Assembly (NCBI RefSeq): GCF_036365525.1
Contig: NC_090393.1
Location: 20,693,195-20,757,194 of the forward strand
Origin: Heterodontus francisci
Lineage: Eukaryota
DNA: 64,000 bases
Reading direction: 5' to 3'
The notes beneath the pieces were generated by a model, which saw nothing but the letters and a program-made list of their open reading frames with translations, did not search any database and was not told the origin of the DNA. Position 1 is the stretch's first letter. Each line of letters begins with the position of its first letter. The position numbers were made by a program, and so were the translations under genes. Below, piece after piece: positions 53,229 through 64,000 of this stretch.

Positions 53229-53450
53229 GAAATGAAACAGAAACCGAAACAAATCAGGGCCAGTGCCTGTTATCAGCTGCAAAACTCTATCTGCTGCTGA
53301 TTCTGAGATCATTTTCCAGACACAGGGGAGTTTTGGAGAAACGAAACTTAGCTCAGATCTCACTTGTTTATTCTAACCGATCGGGAGAGCGTTAGTCAAT
53401 CAGAGGGCAGCGGGGCTGTGACGTTTAGAAACTGGGTTTGAGAATAAAAG
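53229..53450 (+). promoter_or_regulatory. ISG15-C promoter with strong tandem ISREs
   Basis: GAAATGAAACAGAAACCGAAAC (53229-53250), GAAACGAAAC (53338-53347), TGACGT (53419), AATAAAA (53443). Confidence 0.8.
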
Positions 53451-53474
53451 GAAGAAGGCAGAGGATTGTTTAAC

Positions 53475-53636
53475 AGAGAGAAATACAGTAGAGAGGAGTT
53501 GAAGCAGAGAGAGATTTATTCACTGATTCCAGCCAGATCTGAGAGAGAAAAACGCAGAAAGCAAACTGCGCAGAAAAGTGAATCAGAAAAAACTCTGCAG
53601 ATCAACTTTTCGGGACTTGTACATCCAGCGAGGACT
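53475..53636 (+). other. ISG15: ISG15-C non-coding exon 1 (start approximate); intron 53637-56232
   Basis: Canonical donor |GTGAGT; homologous to the exon 1 of copies A and B. Confidence 0.6.
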
Positions 53637-54284
53637 GTGAGTTTATTCTGCCTTTTGGGGGGAATCTCAATATTCTGTTTCTGGTGTGTAAAATGGGTTG
53701 TTCTGAATCTCAGAGACACCATTTAAGAGAAATTATTATATTCTTAAAATCGGGTGAGAGCATATATAAAAATCATTATTTAAAAATTGACCTGACATTT
53801 ATGCGACATCCGTTTTGTCTGTTATTCTACCGGAGGCATTCAACTATTTAAAATAATGCATTCAGCATTCATTAACTAATATTACCAAGGGGTTATTTGT
53901 TGTTTTTAAGCAGAATGGCTTTTGTAAAACGAGTCTGATGGTAAATTTACTTGGGGAGTTCTGAATGGGTTATGCTGAATCTCAGTGATACTCGCGACTT
54001 TAAGATAAAATAATAACCTTTCAATGTGATAGTAATATAACTGCAAATTTAAATAGTGTATTTGTTGTACGAGAGATGAGTGAGATGAAGCATTTCTGTA
54101 ATGCTATTGGCAGATCTTGAATTTGAGCAGTCTGGCAAGTCTAATTTCATTCTTAGAACAGTATCTAAAACAAAAGTTATTATTTCTGGTTTACAGTGCA
54201 CTGCTGCTGGTTTATTTAATATGTTTTGTGCTCTTGATAAGTTAAACCCTTCACGTTTTCTAATGTTAACCCAGCTTACTTGGA

Positions 54285-54715
54285 AAAAAAACTTGCAATT
54301 ATATAGCCCTTTTCATGACCACAAGGCGTCTCAAAGTACTCGACAGCCAATTACTAACTTTTGAAGTGTAGACACTGTCGTAATGTAGGAAATACAGCAG
54401 CCATCTTACACACTGCAAACTCCCACAAACAGCAGTGTGACAATGACAAGATAATCTGTTTTTGTGATGTTGATTGAGAGATAAATATTGGCCAGGACAC
54501 TAGGATTACTCCCCTGCTCTTCTTCAAATAGTGCCATAGGATCTTTTACATCCACCTGAGCAGGCAGATGGGACCTTGGGTTTAAGGTCTCATCCAAGAG
54601 ACAGCACAGCACACACTCTCTGCTCCAGTGAAGCATTAGCCTTGATTTTAGTGCTCAAGTTAGACTTGAATCCAGAACCTTATGACTCAGATGAGAGGGC
54701 TACCAACTAAGCCAC
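54285..54715 (-). mobile_element. tRNA-derived SINE (Deu-type) in the ISG15-C intron
   Basis: Reverse-strand tRNA-like head near 54665-54715 and SINE core recognised from memory. Confidence 0.55.
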
Positions 54716-56244
54716 TTGTGTGCCATAGGCCTGGTATTGCAACTCAGCAATGACCTGAATATTTTAACAACAATAGTTCACAGCAGCAGTTGTATAAATA
54801 TTTCTAACTCAGTTACTGCCTCATTCAAACTGGAAAACCAAGATACATCTAAATGGGAATGTGGGACGGTTGGCAAGAATGGGTTTGTGAGGAGTCGGAG
54901 CAATGTTATTTCTTCCAGTTCTGACAAAGTGTTTACCCCTCTCAGTTTGGGTTCTGCTAGGATCACTCGGTTCCAGACCTCATTACAGCCTTGGTCCAAA
55001 CCTGGACAAAAGAGTGAAATTCCAGTGGTGAAGTGGGGGTGACTGCCCTTGACATCAAGGCAGATTTGACCAAGTGTGGCATCAAGGAGCCCTGGTAAAG
55101 TTGAAGGCAATGGGAATCAGGGGGAAAACTCTTCAATGGCTGGAGTCATACCTAGAGTGAAAGAAGGGAGTGGGGCTGGCATAGTGGTAATATCACTGAC
55201 CTACTACTGCAGAGGATTGCTGGAGGCATGGGTTCAAATTCTGCTGGTGGAATATAAATTCAATTAATTAATAAAAGTCTGGAATTAGAAGCTAGTCTCA
55301 GTACTGGTGCTAAAAACCCATGTGGTTCACTAATACTTTTTAGGGAAGGAAATCTGCTGTCCTTACCTGGTGTGGTCTACATGTGATGCTCCACCATCAA
55401 CATCCTGGGGTTACCATTGACTTGAAACTTTACTGGACCACCCATATTATAAATACTGTGGCTATAAGCAGGTTAGGAAACTGGGTATTCTATAGTGAGT
55501 AACTCATCTCCTGATTAGCAAAGCCTTTCCACTATCTACAAGTCAGGAGTGTGATGGAATATGCTCCACTTGCCCGGATGAGTGCAGTTCCAACAACACT
55601 CAATAAGCTTGACACAAAGCAGCCTGCCTGATTGGCACCTCATCCTCCACCACTGTGTCTGAAGTGTATGTTATCTGCAAGATGCATTGCAGCAACTGAA
55701 CAAGGCTTCTGCACCTTCCAAACCTGTGAACTCTACCACTGTGAAGGACAAGGGCAGCAGATGCATGGGAACACAACCACTTCCAAGTCACATACCATCC
55801 TGACCTCTAACTATATCAACAATCTGTATTTGTCACTGGGTCAGAATTCGAGAACTCCCCACCTAATAGCACTGTGGGTGTACCTATACCACATGCACTG
55901 CAGTGGTTCAAGAAGGTGACTCACCACCACCTTCTCAAGGGCATTTAGGTAGATGCCCAAATCCCATGAACAAATTTTTAAAAACATGTCTCTCCATAGA
56001 TACTGACTGACCTGCTTAGTGTTTTCAGCAGTCCATGGCTTTGTGAGGAATAAACCATTGAAAGGGAGTTTGAGTGGGTTGGCAGGACCAGAGATGTATG
56101 TTGCACAATACAGTAGTTCACTAGATTCTGCCAATGTTTGGTACAATGCATTACATATTTAAAAGTGTATTATGTGACAAATACATAATACGCAATGTCC
56201 ACATCACTGACATCCTGTTCATTCCTCAACAGCAATTGAACAAG

Positions 56245-56718
56245 ATGAGACTCCAGGTGAAGTTTATGACCGGTGAGATTATCGAACTTGTGATCAACCC
56301 TTCCATCCAAGTGTCGGCTCTCAAGATGCTGATATTTGAAAAGAGCAAGGTGCCCTATTACCAACAGCGTCTGATGGTGCAAAACGGAAACAGTGTGGAG
56401 CTGAAGGATGACAAGAGGCTGTCCGATTACAATGTCTCTCCCAGAGACGTTATCCTGCTGCTTGTCAAGAATGAGCAGTGCATGCAGATATTCCTGAAGA
56501 ATGACAAGGGGAAAATATCTACATATGACGTTCTTTCCACTGAGTCAGTTCAGGCTTTCAGAGCACGAGTACAGCAGCAGGAGGGTGTCCCAGCCAACCA
56601 GCAGCGCCTGATGTATGAGGGGAAACAGCTGGAAGATGGTCGGTTGCTCTCTGACTACAATATTCAGCCTCAGGGCACCATCTTTCTCCTGCTACGTCTA
56701 CGGGGAGGTTTTTTGTGA
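56245..56718 (+). CDS. ISG15: ISG15-like copy C, 157 aa, ends LRLRGG-FL*
   Basis: 11 aa substitutions versus A/B plus a two-residue extension; acceptor tcaacag| at 56232. Confidence 0.9.
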   Translation: MRLQVKFMTGEIIELVINPSIQVSALKMLIFEKSKVPYYQQRLMVQNGNSVELKDDKRLSDYNVSPRDVILLLVKNEQCMQIFLKNDKGKISTYDVLSTESVQAFRARVQQQEGVPANQQRLMYEGKQLEDGRLLSDYNIQPQGTIFLLLRLRGGFL

Positions 56719-57791
56719 CAGTGCGAATATGGAATGAGCATTAGATGTTACACAAATAATCATTTTAAAAACCCATTGATTTTTTTTCCAATGATGCAAC
56801 TTCTATGAGATTAAGGGTTGCAGTCAGTAGGTAAAAGATACTTTGGCTGTCCCTCTTGCTCTGTCTAATTTATAACAGGGGATGTTCATGCACATATTAG
56901 TGTCTGGCTACTGAGCAGGCACCTGCCCTCATATCTAGTGAGAGATGTGTTGTACAAGGCAAGGGAGGGGAACTTAAAAAAAGAACAGAAAAATAATGTT
57001 TTTCTTAAACTGAGAATGAAGACTATTAAACCTTTTTTTTGGAACCTTAGTTCAGATCAGGCCCAACCTCCCTTAGCCTGCTGACTGTAGGGATCCTCTT
57101 TGTAATAAGTTGAGTGAATGTCAGTGTTGACTTACACCATGAATGTGATTCTTTTCAGTACTAATTGGCAATGCCACTCAGGCATGCCACAAGATGGTTC
57201 ATATGAGTCATGGAGAAATGGGACCCTTGTTGTTGAACACTGTAAATGACTAAATAATGGATGTCAAAAATGATTACATATATATCTTCAGTTAACAATG
57301 GTGTTAAATCTTTTTCTTCTTTGGCCTCCTTGTCTTGAGAGACAATGGGTATGCACCTAGAGGTGGCCAGTTTAAAACCACTGGTTTTAAATATTTTGCA
57401 AGTATTTGTTTTAACCTTACTTGGTGTCATGAGACATGTATGTGTTCTGTATTGGAAAGCTTTAATCAGAGTGCTTCATCTTTTGCAACAGAATATATCA
57501 AAATATGCAATGAAAATAAAACTGTTACTTTGGATACAAATCTAAATGCTGTGTTGTTGTTTCTACTTCTTGAAGATCTGTAAGTGTGAATTATCTGTGA
57601 ATCCATGTACCATGTGATTCCATCAGGGATCCATACTTAAACCCAGTTTCAGATGAGTTTTCCTAACCAAGTGTTTATTGTTGAAACAGTGATTGATGCA
57701 CTGAGTACTCATTAGCGACTAAATTGAGATGAGCACTGAGGCACCTAGTAACAGTGTCCAGGAATTTAGTCATGAGAAATGCAAACACAAA

Positions 57792-60658
57792 GGGCTTGAA
57801 ATTCATTGCGGTAGTGCTGCTGATTGGCTGAGGCACAATGTGCTACCAGCTGCTTCCTGTGAAGCATTCCATTAGTAAAAGAGCACATGTGGGGACATCC
57901 CCTATGTGCAGCAGACGGCCAACCAGCTGACATGACGACAGGCTACCAAACTTGGTCCAGGCAACATATTCATACATCAATCTACAAACAATAGGCGCAG
58001 AAGGCCTTAAATGGCCAAGCACCCAAATTGTAGGTCAGGGAATTTTAAGAACTTCTGTGATTGCAGATGGGGCAATTAGCCCTGCAGCAGGCAGCTTGTC
58101 ACTGCACAAGAGGCACGGCACAAAAAAACATGCAGGCTGCTTCCCAGCTCCATGGAGTTGGGGGGGGTTGCGGGGGGGAACAGGAATTCCCTCGTTAAAA
58201 GGCACTCAGTGCCTGAACGAGGAACTCGTCATTGGGAAGGGGGGGGGGCCTACTGAGGGCCACCTCTCCCCCCGCCCTTGCTGCTGACACCCCTCCCCCG
58301 CGACCCCCCACCCCGCAAGACCCTTCCCGTCCTGACCTACCTGAGGCCTGGTTCCAGCAACACTCCTGGTCCTCCAGCAGCTGCACTTGCAGCAGCAGAT
58401 ATCACCTCCACAGTGGCACTTCAGCTGCTGGTCTCTGATTAGCCAGTAGCTTGGCAAGGACGGGACGTCCGGCGCTGGGATCCTTGATCCTGTGGAAGGT
58501 CCACCGCTGTCCAGTTCAGGGCCTGTATGGATAAAATTCCAGGATAAAATTCCCCCCAAACTATGTGGAGATATTCTGGAGTGTTTTTGGAGGTGTTGTG
58601 GTGAGTTCCTGGATTTGTCAGAGAATGTTGTTGCATTCTGACAGGGAGGGCAGAGGATTTGGTGATCCATCCACACAAAGGCTGCAACAGGTATAGGGGC
58701 AGCAGTGGCGGTACCTCTGGGTCTGCAGCATGATAGTGGAGATGGAGCAAAGAGGGGAAGCTCTGCACCATGTCCTCCGTCAACTTGGAGAAAGACTCCT
58801 CCATGCTCCATGACAGAGACAGGGTGCAGTGGGGCAGGCCTGCCAATGCATCCAGCTTCTTGGTATGCAATGCCCATCAGTGGTCTCCTGTATGCCATCC
58901 CATCAAATTCTCATTGGAGTCTCCTGCAGCAGCACTTGCCTGTGACCTCACCCTCCAGGAAGCTGGCACATGAACCATCCTTTACCCCTGGGCTGACTGT
59001 AACCCACTCGTGCCTGGTGACTTACCACATGCTGATCCCACGCTGGTGGCTGTGAGAATCAGGTCAAGTGTTGGTGCGAAAGGATGTAAATGTGCTGGAG
59101 GCGGTTCAAAGGAGGTTTACTAGATTGACACCTGGAATGAGCAGGTTGGTTGGACAGACTGGCTTGTTTTCACTGCAGTTTAGAAGAGTGAGGGGAGACT
59201 TGGTTGAAGTTTATAAGATCCTGAACGGCCTTGACAAGGTGCATTTGGAGAGGATGTTTCCTCATGTGGGTGAGTCCAGAACTAGGGGGCACTGTTTTAA
59301 AATTAGGGGATGCCCTTTAGAATTTTTTTCTCTGAGGGTTGTGCGACTTTGGAACTCTCTGCCTCAGAAGTGGTGGAGGCGGGGTCATTGAATATTTTTA
59401 AGGTGGAGGCAGATAGATTCTTGTTAGGCAAGGGAATCAAAGATTATCGGGGGTAGATGGGAGTGTGAATCTCGAGACAGAAACAGATCAGCCATGATCT
59501 TATTGAATGGCGGAGCAGGCTCGAGGGGCCGAATGGCCTACTTCTGCTCCGAATTCGTATGTTCAGCAGTGCTGTGCTGTTGCTCTCTGAATTCCTCCTT
59601 TTGCTGCTGTGGCTGTGAGCTGGCAGTTCTTGGGTGTTTAAAAGCAGAAAATCAGAAGGGGAAGGTTAGAATGAGGAAAGGGGTGGGGTGGGAAACAAGT
59701 GGTCGATGATCAGATCATCAGCAGCTTGCACATCATGCCAGATAGCAAGATGAGGATGAGCTGGGTGTTGAAAAGGGGAATAAGGTAGGAAAATACTGCC
59801 TTCCTCAATGTTCTCAGCACACTGGATGGCAGGGCCATCTCCTCCATACGGCTCAAGAAATACAGGCATCCTTCTCCCCACCGCCTCGTCTCTGCTCCCT
59901 TCTATTGTGGGTTATCTTGTCCTGCAAGAGAGAGGGTAGAATGCCTACCATAGCTGAATATCTGGAGGTATTTGCAGGCAGCGAGAAGGTAGGTATGAAG
60001 TTGGCAGCACTGGTAGGTGAGTAAGGGTGAGGTGGAGTATCTGGATGTTAGGCATGAGTCCTCCATGCCAGGGAGCACTGCTGGGTGGGTTATGGGGTAT
60101 GGTGTGTTGAGCAACATGAGAGATTGGTGTTGTGGTGGGTTGGCGATGTTATGTGAAGTTGCATTCACTGACGTTGACCACCTGCATGAGGCCATTACAC
60201 TTCTTAAGACACAGCTGCCAGATCCTCAGGTCCAGATGCTGGGCACTGACCTCCCTGACCACCTGCTTCCATGCCCTTCTCAGGGTGGTCCTTGAGGGCC
60301 TCCTGCACCAACCACCCCCCGCCCCACCACAGATGGTTCACTTTTCCATCATTTAAATTCCACCAATATTATTCAGTGCAGCTTCCTTTTAAGAGGGACA
60401 GCCTGCCTTTGAGAAGAGCAGGCTGGCAGCACCACGTGGTATCTGCATAACACTGCTCTCCCCCTGCTGAATGCAGAGGCAGCCGGCAGGGTGAAGAAGA
60501 AGGAAGCAGTGCAGGACTCATACGGCCAGACACAGCAATCATGTAGATGAAGTGGCTGCCCCAAATTCACGTGGTGCTCACCTCAATCAGAACCACATGG
60601 GCAGGTAGCAAATTGTGACCCATGCACCCAAAAAAAGAGCCACACGAATTTCTAGCCT
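57792..60658 (-). mobile_element. Decayed PIF/Harbinger element with Myb/SANT gene remnant
   Basis: TIRs GGGCTTGAAATTC ... GAATTTCTAGCCT, AAA TSD; reverse frame RRPSRTTLRRAWKQVVREVSA...RIWQLCLKKCNGL (about 60173-60310) then ag|DKITHNRREQ (about 59920). Confidence 0.6.
59065..59562 (+). mobile_element. CR1 3' fragment nested in the Harbinger element
   Basis: ORF 59068-59391 LEAVQRRFTRL.PG...RGDL.EVYKI. Confidence 0.8.
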
Positions 60659-61202
60659 AAAGAGATAAAACTACACCTGCCCAAATATTCACTCTCTAGT
60701 CTGTACAGTTTATCTACTCTTTAAAACTGGTGGTTCTTCCATTGCATTAATCATGGGTTCTCTGAAATTTGAATAAATCTTCTAATTTAAAGGGAAACAC
60801 CCACACCACCAACTGAGCAAAGCTGCCACATGGGACCAATTCTTATTTCCTTTGTGCCCTATAAATATAAGCAATTGAGGTGTGAAGGGATAAGTAGGTG
60901 GAGATCAGTTATTGTTGGAATACCACATTTTGAATATCACCAATTTCCACCAGTGAAACGTCTCAAGAAGCTCCTACCAAAAGCAAGAATTTCATTGCAA
61001 TATAATAATGCAATAGAAATTTGGGGTTTGAATCCACAATCTTCTGACAGAGGTGAGAGTGCTAACACTGAGCCAGAGCTGACATGGTAAATCAAGGCTT
61101 TTCCCCTCTGAAGCTTGGAGGCACTGAAACAATTACAACACCTTAGCTGAGATAAGCTAACTCAACACATATCATGGCATCAAACCTTCTGCTCTATATG
61201 GC

Positions 61203-62143
61203 TGTTATGACCTCTGTGAGACCATTAAAACACAAGATAGGAGCTCCCCAGACCAATTTAAAGAAGCACACGATAAGATTTCACATTTTAAGACTTTTAC
61301 TACAACAACTAAACTAAAAATCAACATTCACTAAATGGTACTTTGTAAGCAACTGATACACTAAATTACATAGAAAGGTGTTTCCCTTAAACTTATTAAA
61401 ACACTTGAAAACCCCACACCACATTTACACATTACACAGTCCTCTTTAAATTGATATCTTTGCAGTTAAAGGTCCCAAACTTCTCCCAGTGCAATGGGTT
61501 GGATCTCCCAGTCCTTCTCAGAAGTCAATATCCGCGTCGTTCACTTCTTCCAAGCATTTTCAACCTGGACTTCTGTGAATGAGGTGACCTCTGATGACCC
61601 CCATTGATTCTCTTTTTTCCCTCCACAAACCTTTCGTATTGGGTTCAAGTCTTCACAGTCTTTCACTGTATCAGTCTTCTGAGAGCAGACGTTTTCTCTC
61701 TCTCTCTCTCTTCTGAGGCTGCTGCTGTTGGTTTTTGTCTTCCGGTCTTCCTTACAGCCTCCAGACTTAATAAAGTCTCTTGAATTTATCCAGAAACAAA
61801 AGTCAATAGACATTTGTCTTTTCCAATATGCAGAGTCCACAAATATGACCAAAGCAGAACCACCCAGGCCTTCCTTAGTTTCCAATTTTAAAACTTTCAC
61901 TTCGAGTTTGCACCTTCACAGCCCCGACTCCCTGTTTATGATCTGAAAGTCTGAGAGAGCAAAACCTATTGTTTTTCAAGTATTACAACCTTGTCGTCTG
62001 CTTTCAAAAGGGTCTGGGTTCCTTTTTTTCATGGTAACCAGGATCCCTGGCTTGTTTCAGGGCAGACTTTGTGTGAGGTCACTGCATTAAAGATCACAGT
62101 TCTTAAAAACATAATCACATGACAAACTCCAGCACTCATAACA
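61203..62143. mobile_element. Solo LTR with 5-bp TSD
   Basis: Perfect TGTTATGA...TCATAACA termini flanked by ATGGC on both sides. Confidence 0.75.
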
Positions 62144-62632
62144 ATGGCTCTGTCACAAACGGATGGTTCTCTTATCATGGGAGAGGCAGGAGGGTGGGGT
62201 GTGGGGGGAGGGGGGATTGTTAGAAGTAGAGCTTTGAGCTGGGAACACCTGTGATCACGTGGGCTAAGGTGCTGAAGTTAGGCTCTACCCTGTAGTTGTG
62301 AATCATTTCATCAGCAAGGAAAGCAAAGCTGAACAAGTTCTGAGCTACTGTGTTTAGAATGGGAAAATCCCCTAATCATTAATAGGTAGTGGAAAAATAC
62401 AGGCTGACTGGAACTTCCAAGCAGACAGGTCCATTAAGAGCCTGGCAAAGGACAAGTGAGCTAAAGAGTTTCAAATACTGTATTGATGCAAAAGAGGGGG
62501 GTAGAAGTGATTTAAATAATGGAACAGAAATCCCCGAGCAACATAGCCTTTCCTGGTGGAAGTAGCCTATAGTTGACATATTTTCCCAATAACAACCCGC
62601 TTTCTAAGGGAATGATAATCAGAAAAGTCTCA

Positions 62633-63310
62633 GGTTGGGATTTTATACCCCCCACCCCTCCCCTGGAGTGAGCTGGGAAGCAGGTGGGGGAGGGAAGTCG
62701 GGGTATGTAAAATTAGTAGAATGGTGGGGGTGCTGTGCCCAACGCCTACCTGCACCAGCGGTGGGGTAGGTGGCAGGCAACCCGCCTGCCCTTAGCAGCA
62801 GCTGATGGGCGCTTTGCCACCTGGAGAGGTTGCTCAGTTAAACCTGGCAGCTGCTTTGTGGATTGGGAGGTTTCCCTCCTGATCGGGCACCCAGTGCCCC
62901 ACAGAGGGCCACCTAGTGGCACGGGTCCCCCCCCCCAATGGAAGTCCCCCATGCCCTTGCGATCGATGTGCCCCTCGCCAGGGCCTGGCTGATTGGCCTC
63001 AGTAAGTCCCAACCCCACTTACCTTGTTCTCCGGCCTCCATCACTAGCTGGGTCCAGGGACTCTGCAGACTCAGCAGAGGCCACCACTGCCGGTGGTGCC
63101 GCTAGGACTGGAGCAGCCAGCCCTCTGATTGGACAACAGCTCTTGGAGGTGGGAGATCCTGCCTCAAAGGGGTGGAAGCCATGACTGCAGGCAATTAATT
63201 GCTTGAGTCACACAAAATAGCGTCGTGGCTTGCAGGGTCGGCAAAAGCAGGCTCGCCCCTGACTTTCCAGTCAGTGGGCAGGGTCACTACCTCCTTGTAA
63301 AATCCCAGTC
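62633..63310. mobile_element. Harbinger-like MITE
   Basis: GGTTGGGATTTTA ... TAAAATCCCAGTC; internal similarity to 2778-3537. Confidence 0.55.
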
Positions 63311-64000
63311 TTCATCTGTGAATCTTGGTGAGTGGGTATGAGCATGTAGGGAAGATATGCCTTTTGTGATACCTCACTCTAAAAGCCACCAATCCAGTCT
63401 CTGCCATGTCCTCATCTTCATAGCATCAGGAAAGAGGGACTCAAATTTGGAAATCCGTCTCACCAGTGCAATGTAGTACTTTAAGCAGAGCTGACTGAAG
63501 CTAACAGTAAAGTCTTAATTAAACCTCTTAAGTACTAAAGAGATATTCAGGTCAATCAATACCAACCACTCCAGTACCAGCATTTAAAATGACCCCTCAC
63601 TGCAATACCCACCTCAGCGATTCTTACCTGCAGCTCCGACCATCACTTACACGCTGCCAATAATTATTTAGGGTGGAAATTGCGGGAATAGTTGGGGGAA
63701 TTGATCACAGCCCCTTGACCCTATTTACATAAGGCGGATCAGTCTCCCTTTTAAAGGGAACATCACAGTTTATGGGAAGATGAAGATTACAGGGGTAGAT
63801 ATTTTGCAGTGACTTTCAGGCAGTAGCCTCGAAGAACTCATTTTTTCCAATTTACCTCCACAAATCCTTCCCAAAAATGGGCAGTAATCTGGAAGGAAAT
63901 CCAGGGCAAGGTGTAAGTGAAACACAAAGAGGAAATACTCGATAATCAGAAGAAGGGAAAATTAAAAAGTAAGCAACCAGAAAGAGCGTTTAAGAAAATA

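Noticed and set aside
56134-56244. 37-aa N-terminal extension of ISG15-C
   Set aside because: Lies mostly in the intron upstream of the conserved branch point and acceptor; not open in copies A and B

Overview
This is vertebrate genomic DNA, very likely a shark or other cartilaginous fish (HE1/V-SINE-type, CR1, L2, RTE, Tx1, Gypsy and Harbinger repeats). The window holds an interferon-stimulated gene cluster. A six-exon OASL-type gene on the minus strand (2'-5' oligoadenylate synthetase domain with intact catalytic aspartates, plus two ubiquitin-like domains ending LRLRGG and 3 more residues) sits head-to-head with an ISG15-like di-ubiquitin gene on the plus strand (single coding exon, intron in the 5'UTR). 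This module is tandemly duplicated (about 268-18927 and 29230-47665) and is followed by a third, older ISG15 paralog ending LRLRGG-FL. All five genes have ISRE/IRF-type promoter motifs. The most notable points are the OASL-ISG15 linkage, an apparently active OAS carrying a potentially conjugatable ISG15-like tail, paralog divergence concentrated in that terminal UBL, signs that the OASL and ISG15 C-lobes may have been exchanged in evolution, and a possible UBL-less OAS isoform made by intronic polyadenylation. The rest is transposon debris. Exon models were assembled by hand from GT-AG sites and frame continuity; comparisons with human, bird and fish proteins are from memory and need alignment.
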